Source: Ignavibacteriota bacterium
Lineage (GTDB): Bacteria; Bacteroidota; Ignavibacteria; Palsa-1295
Reading direction: 5' to 3'
Assembly (NCBI GenBank): GCA_963787835.1
Contig: CAWBEI010000002.1
Span: 576,001 to 640,000 of the forward strand
DNA length: 64,000 nucleotides
This document shows, piece by piece, positions 36,493 through 46,700 of this stretch. The position numbers and the translations under genes were made by a program. How positions within the stretch are numbered: the first letter of the stretch is position 1; every line of letters starts with the position of its first letter. Below the pieces are notes generated by a model, which was not told the DNA's origin, did not search any database, and saw only the letters and a list, made by a program, of their open reading frames with translations.

Positions 36493-36518
36493 TATAAACC
36501 GTTCCGACGCACGATCCA

Positions 36519-37022
36519 ATGATGGGCATAAGGATATTCGCTCTGCTTGCTTTCACAATGCTCGGACATCCGGAGACCCAGCCGGGATTCCTCGGGCTGA
36601 AAGTTGGCATGAAAGCGACAGATGCGCTTCCCGTCATTGGAAAAAATCCGGATATGCTGGAGCGTGTAAAAGCGCACGACGGCCAACGCGTTGTTTCCGA
36701 TTTCCTTCCCATTTCGGATTGTGAACTTACCATGCGCCGTTCGCTCGGCTTCGATTCCAGTGAAACACTCACCGCTATTGGGCTCACCTACAAAACAACC
36801 CCCGATCGTATCGAAGATGCGCGAGATTGTGCATTCCAATGGCTGACAAAGATGTACGGCCCGCCGATGACCGTAGCGCACGTCGATAGCGTAACACAAG
36901 AAGTGTGGCACTACGATGAAGTGAAGCTCACGCTCGAAGCCAGGCAGTACAATTCCCATGACGTGTTCGTCCTCATCTATTACTATAAGGAAGATAAAAA
37001 TGGACGAACCACCGCCGATTGA
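36519..37022 (+). CDS. hypothetical exported protein
   Basis: Hydrophobic N-terminus; GFLGLKVGM...YGPP pattern. Confidence 0.65.
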   Translation: MMGIRIFALLAFTMLGHPETQPGFLGLKVGMKATDALPVIGKNPDMLERVKAHDGQRVVSDFLPISDCELTMRRSLGFDSSETLTAIGLTYKTTPDRIEDARDCAFQWLTKMYGPPMTVAHVDSVTQEVWHYDEVKLTLEARQYNSHDVFVLIYYYKEDKNGRTTAD

Positions 37023-37791
37023 AGAACGAACATCGCCCTCGGTTGAGACGAATGAAGTTCCCGCTCCCATTCGCAACTCACAATTCGTAATTCGTAATGT
37101 ATTCAAATGGATGTGGCGCATTGCTGTTGTGCTTGCAGCGGTTCCCATGCTTCAGGTGGCGATCCTGCGTTTTGTCAACCCTCCGGTCAGTACCATGATG
37201 ATCTGCCAGATGTTCGGCCATCTCTTTGCCGGTGAAAAGATAGGGTGGTCGCACACCAATCTTGGTGAGAAGGAAATTTCGCCGTTTCTGTATTCCGCCG
37301 TGATCGCCGGTGAAGATCAGAGGTTCTTCACGCATCATGGGTTTGACGAAACAGAAATTCAGCAAGCCCTGCGCGCTCATGCGCGGCATCCCAAGCGGCC
37401 CGAGCGCGGAGCAAGCACCATTTCCCAGCAAGTCGCGAAAAATCTTTTTCTGCCACCATGGCATAGTTTTATTCGCAAGGGAGTCGAAGCATATTACACG
37501 GTGCTCATCGAACTGATGTGGCCGAAGGAACGCATCCTTCAAATGTATGCGAACATCGCCGAGTTTGCCCCAAATGTGTATGGTGCAGAAGCAGGCGCGG
37601 AGTTCCATTTCAAGCGCCATGCCGGTGAGCTAACCCAGCAGCAAGCAGCACAAATGGCTGCCGTGCTGCCCAACCCCGAACGGTGGAGTGCGTCGCATCC
37701 CTCCGCCTATATCCAGCGCCGCGCCGCCCGCATTCTCCGCCAAATGCGCGGCATCCCGACCGATGAAGAAGAGGATGGCGAGCCGGATTAA
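37000..37791 (+). CDS. mtgA: monofunctional peptidoglycan transglycosylase
   Basis: EDQRFFTHHGFD, RGASTISQQVAKNLFL, RKGVEAY, KERIL..Y.N. Confidence 0.93.
   Translation: MDEPPPIEERTSPSVETNEVPAPIRNSQFVIRNVFKWMWRIAVVLAAVPMLQVAILRFVNPPVSTMMICQMFGHLFAGEKIGWSHTNLGEKEISPFLYSAVIAGEDQRFFTHHGFDETEIQQALRAHARHPKRPERGASTISQQVAKNLFLPPWHSFIRKGVEAYYTVLIELMWPKERILQMYANIAEFAPNVYGAEAGAEFHFKRHAGELTQQQAAQMAAVLPNPERWSASHPSAYIQRRAARILRQMRGIPTDEEEDGEPD
37069..37098 (+). repeat. in-frame heptamer array (AATTCGT-like) in mtgA N-terminus
   Basis: attcgcaactcacaattcgtaattcgtaat encoding IRNSQFVIRN. Confidence 0.7.
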
Positions 37792-37833
37792 AGAACGAAC
37801 GCACCGGCCTCTTAGTATTCTTGTTATCTTTTA

Positions 37834-38721
37834 ATGACCCACTCCTTCGATCGCTACACTGCCGCGGGCAATACTTTCCTTGTGATGAACACCTGGGAAG
37901 ATCCGCTTTCGCTTTCGCGCGAGCATACACGCGAATTGGTTCGCGGTGCCTGCGATTACCAAACTGGCGCGGGCGCGGATGGCCTCATTCTTATCAATCA
38001 ATCCGGACTCGCTGCCGATTTCCGCATGGATTTTTACAATCCCGATGGCACCACCGGAATGCTCTGCGGCAATGGCGCACGATGTGCAGTCATGGCTGCG
38101 AAGGACTATGGATTTCTCCATTCCGATGCAGTGTCGTTTGAGGTTCTTGGCTCGATCAACAGCGCGATATTTCTTCCGAATGGAGATGTCAGGGTTTATT
38201 TTCAAGATCCGACCGTTATACGATTAAATTTCCCGCTACCTCTCGAACAAGGAACTATCACTGCGAGCTATATCGATCTTGGTTCGCAACATGTGGTTGT
38301 GTTCTTCGATGATTATTTCGGCAAGAGCATCGAGGATTTCGACATTGCTCATTTTGGCCGACTTCTGCGGTGGCATCCGGAGTTCGCGCCAAAGGGAGCA
38401 AATGCGAATTTCATCGAAGTGCGCGAAGATGGCGAAGAAAAATATTTGCGTATTCGCACTTTCGAACGTGGCGTCGAGGGAGAAACGCTTGCCTGCGGAA
38501 CCGGCTGCATGAGTTCAGCTATTGTTGCACGGCTCACGGAAAAAATATTGAAGATGCCGATACGCCTGCTCACACAAAGCGGGGAATTTGTGACTGTAAA
38601 TTTCAAGATCGATGGTTACCATATTACAAACTTATCGCTGGAGGGGAGCATCGTTAAAGGGGAAGCTGGAATGCTCTTGTTCGATGAGCAAAGCGGATCT
38701 GTCACTATAAAATATGATTAA
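37834..38721 (+). CDS. dapF: diaminopimelate epimerase
   Basis: GN.F, GADG, NPDG...MLCGNGARC, ERGVEGETLACGTG. Confidence 0.95.
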   Translation: MTHSFDRYTAAGNTFLVMNTWEDPLSLSREHTRELVRGACDYQTGAGADGLILINQSGLAADFRMDFYNPDGTTGMLCGNGARCAVMAAKDYGFLHSDAVSFEVLGSINSAIFLPNGDVRVYFQDPTVIRLNFPLPLEQGTITASYIDLGSQHVVVFFDDYFGKSIEDFDIAHFGRLLRWHPEFAPKGANANFIEVREDGEEKYLRIRTFERGVEGETLACGTGCMSSAIVARLTEKILKMPIRLLTQSGEFVTVNFKIDGYHITNLSLEGSIVKGEAGMLLFDEQSGSVTIKYD

Positions 38722-39502
38722 TGTACGGCTTTTTTTTCTAACGCTGGTACTGCTATGTGCTTCCGTGACCGGTGCATTCGCGCAAGTACGCGCTCCGTTC
38801 ATTATTCCTGCACCACCAAAGGACACCTCCACCTTCTGGATCTTTAAGGACATTACCGGCGGACCCTATTTTACCGGAGGGATCTCGCAAGAGAATGCAG
38901 ATCTGCCCACAGCATGGCATTCCGCTTCCAGATTCGCCTATGACATCGGCGGAACGATAGACTTCTTCTACAGTCAATGGCTGGGGGTCGATCTCTCCAT
39001 GTTCTATGATTCACGCGACCTCTATGCCCAGACTGCCGGTGAAAGTATCGATGTCAGTTTAGGATATCTCGCCCTGGAACCATCCGTCCGGCTGCTGTGG
39101 CTCTTGCTCGGGTTTACGATCGACATTCCACTCAGTGGCAGCGCCATCGAAAAGCTTGATGACTATCAGCGCGCCGATCAGCCAACAACCAAAAGCTACA
39201 ACCAAAACCTTAACGTCTCGACTAGCGATCTTCAAACGCTGTTCGAACTTCACGCAACGCTTTCCCTCCCTGTTCTCGAAAACGAGGGATCGGAATTATA
39301 TTTGGTACTCAGCGGACATTATCCTCTGACAAAGACCATTTTGTCCACCAATGGCTTCGACACCACGGGATATACCAAAACAAGTGGAATAGGAACGCCC
39401 ACGAATCCGGGCGGGCGTTTTTCCGGATCGTCACAAGTTGGAAAGGGACCGCTACCGACGATCGAAGCAGGAATTAGCTATCAGTTCGATATCCTGCATT
39501 AG
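38714..39502 (+). CDS. outer-membrane beta-barrel protein
   Basis: Signal peptide, alternating beta-strands, C-terminal GISYQF. Confidence 0.7.
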   Translation: MINVRLFFLTLVLLCASVTGAFAQVRAPFIIPAPPKDTSTFWIFKDITGGPYFTGGISQENADLPTAWHSASRFAYDIGGTIDFFYSQWLGVDLSMFYDSRDLYAQTAGESIDVSLGYLALEPSVRLLWLLLGFTIDIPLSGSAIEKLDDYQRADQPTTKSYNQNLNVSTSDLQTLFELHATLSLPVLENEGSELYLVLSGHYPLTKTILSTNGFDTTGYTKTSGIGTPTNPGGRFSGSSQVGKGPLPTIEAGISYQFDILH

Positions 39503-39531
39503 CAATTTAGTCCCATCCGCAATTTTTGTAG

Positions 39532-39539
39532 TATATTTG
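39532..39539 (+). promoter_or_regulatory. TAnnTTTG (-7) promoter element
   Basis: TATATTTG 21 nt upstream of ATG 39561. Confidence 0.55.
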
Positions 39540-39560
39540 TATTATTTTAGTCTCCAAAAT

Positions 39561-40247
39561 ATGAAAAAAACCGCCATTCTTTTTGCACTGCTCTTCGGAA
39601 TCATTTCTACTGCTCGTGCCCAATCAACCTCTGCGCTGACCGCAGAAGACACCTGGAAAGACATAAAACTTGGCCCTCTTTTTAGCGCCGGTGAGGCCGT
39701 CAGCGCCGGGACCGTAGCCATTGGAGCAAAAACGGGATCGGCTTTTGCGTTTAGCGCTGGTGCAGATGCCGATTTCCCGATCACCCAAAATTTTGCATTT
39801 AACCTTGCCCTTGGGTATGATGCACGCAGCATCAATTTCCACGATCAGAGTACAACGAATAACGAAGCCGATTATACTTTTGGCTATTTTGTGCTACGAC
39901 CTGAATTCCGATTCAGTGGATTTTTGCTGGGCGTTGGAATCGGCATTCCGGTTTCCGCAAGCGTAAGCAACACAGGAATTGTCAGCCCCGAAACGCCTGT
40001 CACTTCGAGTTCTATGGCTACGCTTTTCGAAATTCGACTGGGCGGAGCAATTCCGATCGTGCAATCGAGCAGTGGCGTTCTCAATTTAACGATCGATGCC
40101 GCGTATGCCTTTACTCAGATCATCTCGAAGGGGCCGCTCGCGTTCTATCCAGCCACTGCGAGCAATATTCCATCCTCACAAAATAATGGCCCGCTTGCTT
40201 CCGGCGAGATAGGAATTCAGTATCTGTTCGACCTTACGCCGCATTAG
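39561..40247 (+). CDS. outer-membrane beta-barrel protein (paralog of upstream gene)
   Basis: MKKTAILF signal; shares KDI..GP.F..G and GPL...E.GI.Y.FD with 38714-39502. Confidence 0.72.
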   Translation: MKKTAILFALLFGIISTARAQSTSALTAEDTWKDIKLGPLFSAGEAVSAGTVAIGAKTGSAFAFSAGADADFPITQNFAFNLALGYDARSINFHDQSTTNNEADYTFGYFVLRPEFRFSGFLLGVGIGIPVSASVSNTGIVSPETPVTSSSMATLFEIRLGGAIPIVQSSSGVLNLTIDAAYAFTQIISKGPLAFYPATASNIPSSQNNGPLASGEIGIQYLFDLTPH

Positions 40248-40265
40248 TCGCATAAAACCATAAAC

Positions 40266-42365
40266 CTATCGCAATCCGCTCGTTTCGAGAACGAGCGATT
40301 GTGTTTGCACCCCCTCCGAAGTTGCAATGCGGCATACGTAGCTGCCGGATGGCATCCTGCCAGCATTCCAGACAACTTCGTGCGGACCGGCACCAAAATC
40401 CTGATCTGCAAGTGTAGTGATCTCCTGACCGAGCATGTTGAATATCGTTACCGACACATGCTCGGTTTGCGTGAGCGAGAAGGGAATGGTCGTTTGCTGC
40501 GTAAAGGGATTTGGGTAACTTTGTTCGATGGAAGCCGTTACATCGTTCGATCGCACGGAGCTAAATTTGATCATCTCCGAAAGCGGGCGGCGCCATACAC
40601 CGCCGCCGGTAGTTCCGGCATAAAGATCGACACCATTCATTACGAGAGCTGTAACCGAAAGAATTGTAAGCCCCTGATCTTCATTGTTCCATGTCCTGCC
40701 CCCGTCTGTCGAAACGAATATTCCTCCCGTTGTTCCGGCGAATACATTGGATCCTACGCTCAGTAGTGATGTGATCTCGTAGCTGGAAAGAAGCGGGTCG
40801 CTCCACGTCGCACCCTGATCGGCAGAGACGAACACACCACTCGCGCTGCCGGAGATAATTGCTCCGGTATTAGTTACCGCAATAGCATTGACGCTATCGA
40901 ACGATGAGGGCGGAGTGATATTGTTCCATATCTCACCACTATCGGTGGAAACGTAAACGGCGCCGGTCGTGCTTCCGCAATAGTAGGCTGAAGTGCCGGC
41001 CGCAAAAGAAAGCAATCCGAGATCACCTGCGGCAATGCCGGAACTGGCGCTTAGCCACGTCGAGCCTTCGTCCGGTGATTGAAACATTCCATTGCTTGTT
41101 GCAGCAAAAAGGCCGTTTGACGTTGGGAACAGCCCGTCGATCTCAAAATACCCTAATGTTGAACCGGAACTCCAGGTCACTCCGCTATCCGGCGAAACAT
41201 CGACGGCTGAATTATCGGTCGCGGCAAATACTTGCCCATCGTACGCAGCAATGGCGGTAATGGAACCAAACGAATTCAAATTGGAAGTGATATCCGTCCA
41301 ATCTTGTCCGGCATCGCCAGTGAGAAAAAGGCTCCCAGACGATGAGCCATACGGCTGGAAACAATTAGCGAAAACGTAAGGCCCCAGCGCCGCAAGGCTT
41401 ATCACATTGGAGATAACGATCCCACTATCATCGGCATTCCAGTTTGCACCGCCATCCATGGAAATAAATACTCCCGACGATTGCGTGCCGGCAAGGATAG
41501 TAGTTCCAAACGGGGCGATGGCCGTCACGGTCAGCGAAGTGACCCCGGAACTTGCCGTGGTCCATGTATTCCCGGTGTCGTATGAAAAATAAAGCCCTCC
41601 CTGATAGGTGCCGGCCAACAGCTCGGAGCTATCAACTGCAAGGATGCTCGCCCCGGAGAGACCTGCAAAATTAGCGCCGAGATCGCTCCAGATCGCACCG
41701 GAATCTTTCGAAATAAAGATCCCGCTGTCGGTGGCGGCGAACAGATCCGCTCCCATAGCAACCAGGGAGTAAAGATAGGAAAAGTACGTTCCAGGCAACC
41801 CGACACCGGCCGTTGCACTCCACGTTACTCCATTATCCGTCGATGCAAGCACCTCGCCTAATTCTGTTCCGGCAAAGAGCATTCCACCGATCGAAGTAAA
41901 ACATGTTACAGCGGAGTCGTTCAAGGTCGTAACGGAAGTCCAGGTTGTGCCTAAATTGCTCGATCGGAACACCGAATTATATTCTGTTGTAAGAAAAAGA
42001 CTCGATCCTTGCGCGGATAACACCAACGGGTATCCGCTAAAACCCCGATCCGCCGCAGCCCAGGTAACACCTTTGTTCGTCGAGCGCAAAACGCCAGTCG
42101 TAGTAGCTGCAAATACATCGGTATCGAGCACCGCAAGCGCTTGAATAGATGGATTTCCGGAACTGGCCGTGACATTATTCCAGCTTACACCGCCATCGGT
42201 AGAGCGAAATACACCCTGGGCAGTACCCGCGAACACATCGCCGCCAAGCACAGCGACAGAAGTGATCGCCCCGCCGCTTGGCCCTGAGGTCTGAACCCAT
42301 TGGGCCTGGCTGACACTAACGGAACATAACAATACTAGAAATAAGACGGAGCGAATCATATTCAT
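40266..42365 (-). CDS. BNR/VPS10-like beta-propeller, T9SS cargo
   Basis: Many S.D.G.TW repeats; CTD SYPNPF...MPSGSYVCRI. Confidence 0.85.
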   Translation of the reverse strand: MNMIRSVLFLVLLCSVSVSQAQWVQTSGPSGGAITSVAVLGGDVFAGTAQGVFRSTDGGVSWNNVTASSGNPSIQALAVLDTDVFAATTTGVLRSTNKGVTWAAADRGFSGYPLVLSAQGSSLFLTTEYNSVFRSSNLGTTWTSVTTLNDSAVTCFTSIGGMLFAGTELGEVLASTDNGVTWSATAGVGLPGTYFSYLYSLVAMGADLFAATDSGIFISKDSGAIWSDLGANFAGLSGASILAVDSSELLAGTYQGGLYFSYDTGNTWTTASSGVTSLTVTAIAPFGTTILAGTQSSGVFISMDGGANWNADDSGIVISNVISLAALGPYVFANCFQPYGSSSGSLFLTGDAGQDWTDITSNLNSFGSITAIAAYDGQVFAATDNSAVDVSPDSGVTWSSGSTLGYFEIDGLFPTSNGLFAATSNGMFQSPDEGSTWLSASSGIAAGDLGLLSFAAGTSAYYCGSTTGAVYVSTDSGEIWNNITPPSSFDSVNAIAVTNTGAIISGSASGVFVSADQGATWSDPLLSSYEITSLLSVGSNVFAGTTGGIFVSTDGGRTWNNEDQGLTILSVTALVMNGVDLYAGTTGGGVWRRPLSEMIKFSSVRSNDVTASIEQSYPNPFTQQTTIPFSLTQTEHVSVTIFNMLGQEITTLADQDFGAGPHEVVWNAGRMPSGSYVCRIATSEGVQTQSLVLETSGLR

Positions 42366-42432
42366 GACGGTCAAAGGAAATTAAAAGACGTGTGAAGAAC
42401 ATAAACCGCCATATAATAAGATTCCTTTAGTT

Positions 42433-43575
42433 TTAATCTCGCGACCCCGGATATTTCTTCTTCCTATTTCTCACGTAATCGACGAAAACGAACTGGCCGA
42501 GATCGTTCAGTCCGGAGTAATATGCACGGCCTTTGTTCGATTTTGTCAGCTCTTCCACGAAATCGATGAGATACGGATCGCGCGCGACCATGAATGTCGA
42601 GATCGTGATCTTCTCCCTTCGGCAGGCAAGGGCTTCATCCAACGTTTTATTGATGATCTTCGGATCGAGACCGAAGGAATTTTTATAAAGCCTCCCGTTA
42701 TCCTCGAACATCGCTGATGGCTTGCCATCCGTCACCATGAACACTTGCTTGTTCACATTGCCGGAACGTTTCAGCAGTTGCCGAGCCAGCCGCAATCCAG
42801 CACGAGTATTCGTGTGGAACGGCCCCACTTCAAGAAATGGTAACTCGCTAACCGTTATCAGCTTTGCCTCATCTCCAAAGGTAACGACATAAAGCTGATC
42901 CTTCGGGAACTTCGTTTTGATGAGTTCCGAAAGCGCCAGCGCCACTTTCTTCGCCGGCGTAATTCGATCCTCGCCATAGAGGATCATCGAATGCGAAATG
43001 TCGATCATCAGCACCGTTGCGCAGCTTGTCAGATGCTCGGTTTCGTAGATCTCGATGTCTTCTTCTTGCAGATTCTGATCTGCCGCACGAAGTTCGCTCT
43101 CATCAATTCCCTCCCTCAACGATCTTTTTTGCGCATTCAAGAACGTTTGCGTGAAGTCGATATTCGACGCCGTATCGCCGAACGTATAGTTCTTCGTGTT
43201 CTGTGTTCGTTCGATGCCCTGGCCGGTGTGCGGAGTATCGTGCGAGCCGTTCGGCGATTTCCGCAGCGAGCGAAACATCTCCAGCAGCGCATCCCGCCGA
43301 ATGTTCTGAATGGCCTTGTTCGTCGGCTTGAGCAGCGCATTTTCGTCCTCTTTCACGAGGCCAAGCTCTTTCAGCCGATCGACGAACATATCGAGCGTCA
43401 TATCCGGGCCGAAGATATTATACTGCTCATCGAGATAGCGCATCCATTCGAGGGTTTCGTTCACATCGCCGGAGGTGGTAAGCAACAACTGGCTGAAGAG
43501 CCCGAGCAACTGCTGCAACCGCTCCTCGGCGGTCGAGCTTTCATTCGGTTTCCATTTGGAATATTCTATGCGCAT
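42433..43575 (-). CDS. vWA-domain protein
   Basis: MIDAS DISHSM, TNT..GL, VTDGKPS. Confidence 0.85.
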   Translation of the reverse strand: MRIEYSKWKPNESSTAEERLQQLLGLFSQLLLTTSGDVNETLEWMRYLDEQYNIFGPDMTLDMFVDRLKELGLVKEDENALLKPTNKAIQNIRRDALLEMFRSLRKSPNGSHDTPHTGQGIERTQNTKNYTFGDTASNIDFTQTFLNAQKRSLREGIDESELRAADQNLQEEDIEIYETEHLTSCATVLMIDISHSMILYGEDRITPAKKVALALSELIKTKFPKDQLYVVTFGDEAKLITVSELPFLEVGPFHTNTRAGLRLARQLLKRSGNVNKQVFMVTDGKPSAMFEDNGRLYKNSFGLDPKIINKTLDEALACRREKITISTFMVARDPYLIDFVEELTKSNKGRAYYSGLNDLGQFVFVDYVRNRKKKYPGSRD

Positions 43576-43583
43576 GATGTCTG

Positions 43584-43733
43584 AACCTGGATTACGCGGA
43601 TATGTGCGGATTACGCGGATCGATCTTTGTGATCCTCATTATTGCCGAGATGATGATATAACCAATTCGCAACAGATTGTATCCCATCATCCTTCATCAG
43701 TGCCATCAGGATTCAATCAGCGTAATCCTGGTT
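43584..43733. repeat. inverted-repeat element with GGATTACGC-periodic arms
   Basis: AACCTGGATTACGCGGAT (43584) vs ATCAGCGTAATCCTGGTT (to 43733). Confidence 0.7.
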
Positions 43734-46700
43734 TACTTCGACACCACGACCACAGAACTCACAACCCGCGAACCGGAGCGTAACACCAGGCGATAAGCGC
43801 CGGACGAAATACCTTGCGCGGAATAGGTCTCGTTCTCATCACCGGCCTTTGTCCATTCGTGTTTGAGTTCGCACACATGCCGCCCCAGATAATCTTCGAG
43901 ATCGATCGAGAGCGGCCCATCGGCAGCAACATGATACAGGATCGTGAACGAAGTCTCTGTTGGGTTGGGATAGATCTTTTTGATCGTGAAGGCTGTGTCG
44001 CTGCTGATGATCTCCGGACTACAGATACCTATCACGCAGAATGTATTGCTCTCCGTGATGACCCCAATTGCAGTGTTCGGGAAATAAAATGTGTCGATGG
44101 TAATAGAAGAACAGAAGCCGGAATCTAAGGCAAGCGCCGTGATGGTTTGCAAAACTCCCGGCGCGCTGGGCACGGGGCCCGTGAGGGTAACCCTCCAGTT
44201 CTTGCCGGCGATCACTCCGGTTGGAACGAGCGGTGTAAGCATGGTAGCATCGAGACCGATCGTTGCAACATAGGTGGTGGCTCCGCTCGCCGCAAGATCC
44301 GTGCCCGAGTCCAGCGAGACGGGAATCTTTATTGTATCGCCCGGTGCGCCCAAACCTCCTGCAACCGACACTTTAGCGATCGTTATAGTGGTGAATGCAA
44401 AGGGATCGCTCGTGCTTTGACACCCATTCGAATCTGTGATCGTGACAGAATAAAGCCCTTCGGTATCGGGCCAGATGGTCTGATGTACCGAGTCCGGTAA
44501 CACCGAGCCATTGAAATACCATTGGTATTCTGAAGCGGGACTCGAAATAAGCTGAGAACCATTCCGTGTAATGACGGGCGTTGCCGGCGTTGCATAAACG
44601 AGAACCTTCGTCACTTGCGATGTACCCGAGCAACCACCCGCGCTTGTGACGAACACGGTATATCCGCCAGACTGACTCACGGTGATCCGTTCGCTCGTAT
44701 CGCCCGAGATCTGCGTGCCATCTTTGGACCACTGATAGCTCACATATCCTGCCCCAGCATCGAGCGTCACCGAATCGCCGGAACAAAAGTCTAAAGGTCC
44801 ATTGCCGGTGATGACTGGCGAGAGGTTTGAGCTGATCGCCACTGCTAAGTGTGCCGTTGCCGTGCAGCCGCCTGGGGTGGTCTCCGTTGCGATGAGGGAT
44901 GCGGTTCCCGCTGCGCCCCATTGTATCGTGATGCTGACAGGGTTACTGGTGGTGACTGTCCCCGCTCCCGGCGGAATGAGTTCCCATTCGAAGAAATCGC
45001 CCACAGCGATGGTATTTGTGCTATCAACATAAGTTGCCGTTGCATTGGGACAGACCGCAGCCGGGCCAACGACGATCAGTACAGGCGTTGGATTGACCGT
45101 AACCGTATCCGGCGTGCTCGTTGCACTGCAACCGGCTGCGTTCGTTACCGTTACAGCATACACTCCACTCGTTTTTGCTACGACCGATGGGGTGGTGTCC
45201 CCGTTTGTCCACTGATAGTGTGCATAGCCGCTCTGTCCTGAAAGCGTTACGCTGTCACCGGAACAAAATGAGGTTGCGCCACTGGCGGTGATCGAAGCGT
45301 CTGCGGCTGGCAGAACGGTAATACCTAACGGCGCACTGGTTCCCGAACAACCCGATGCGTTCGTTGCTGTTACCGTCACGGTATCGGTGTTCGATACATA
45401 GATCGAAGGCGTTGTGGCACCGGTGGACCATTGGTACCCGGCGTAGCTCTTAGTTGTTTGTACCAGGACGCTATCGCCCGCGCAGATGGTAGTGGCGCCA
45501 GAGGTAAGAACCGGCTGAGGAACGCTATCGGGCAGCACTGTTACATGCACGGCGCTCGAAGTTCCTGCACATCCGGCTCCGCCCGTAACGCGCACGCTGA
45601 AATCGCCCGATCGAGTAACCGAAATATCCGGCGTTGCTTCGCCATCCGACCAGGCATAACTCGAATATCCCGAACCCGCAGTCAGATGCACGGTATCGCC
45701 GGTGCAGATGGTAAGCGGCCCGCCTGTTATGATCGGTGTGAGCGAATCCGATACCCGTACAAGTACAGAATCCACTGCGGTGCAGCCATTCTTATCGCTG
45801 ACCATGATCGTGTAAAGCGTTGTGGAATCCGGGGTTGCCGTGGGTTGTGCAACGCTGGAATCGCTAAGGCTGCTAGCAGGAGTCCACAAGATCGTATAGG
45901 GCTGTTTGCCGCCACTGATGCTCGCGCCGATCTGGATCGATGAACCCTTGCACACAGAGAGCGGTGGGCCGGGAGCTATTTTCGGAGGCAAGGTGACCGT
46001 AAGATAGAACCGAGTCCTGAGATGAACATCCATTCTGGTCGGTGACCGTCACAAAATACTTTGTATTCTTGGCCACCGTCGCTTCAACCGTGCTTGAATC
46101 CGTGCGATTGAGACCCGCGGAGGGTGACCATGAGTACGTGAATGGAGCAACTCCGCCAGACTCCGTTGCCGTGATCGTGGCAGGTTCACCGGAACATACA
46201 GATCGATTGCCGCCTGCATTAACCTTAGGCTGGCCATAGAAAGAAACCGTTAATTGCTTCGTAGTTACACATCCATTGGAGTCCGTTACGGCGAGCGTGT
46301 AGGTCGTTCGTTGCGTTGGGTAAGCGGTGGGCTGCAGCGAGTCCGGATGATCGAGCGTTGCTGCCGGAGTCCACGAATACGTGAGCGGGCCGTTCCAATC
46401 GCTGATCGACGCCAGGAGTTTTATGGAACCTCCCACGCACACATCGTTGATCTGCGGAACCGTAATGGAAGGCGTTGACCGTACCACGATCTGAAACGTA
46501 TCGGAAACCGTTGCACACAGATCCGTGCCAACGCCATTGACGGTATAGTAATAGGCGCGCGGGATCGTTGGCGCAGGGAACGTATATGGCTCGGTGGTCG
46601 CGCCCGGGATCTGGTTCCCGTTCACCAGCCATTGATAAGAGCTTAGGCCCGGCTTCGTGTTCAGCGTCACCGATGAGCCAGGGCACACGGTGTCGGATGC

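Noticed and set aside
36081-37148. 355-aa minus-strand ORF
   Set aside because: Antisense shadow of yebC, the hypothetical gene and mtgA; no motifs
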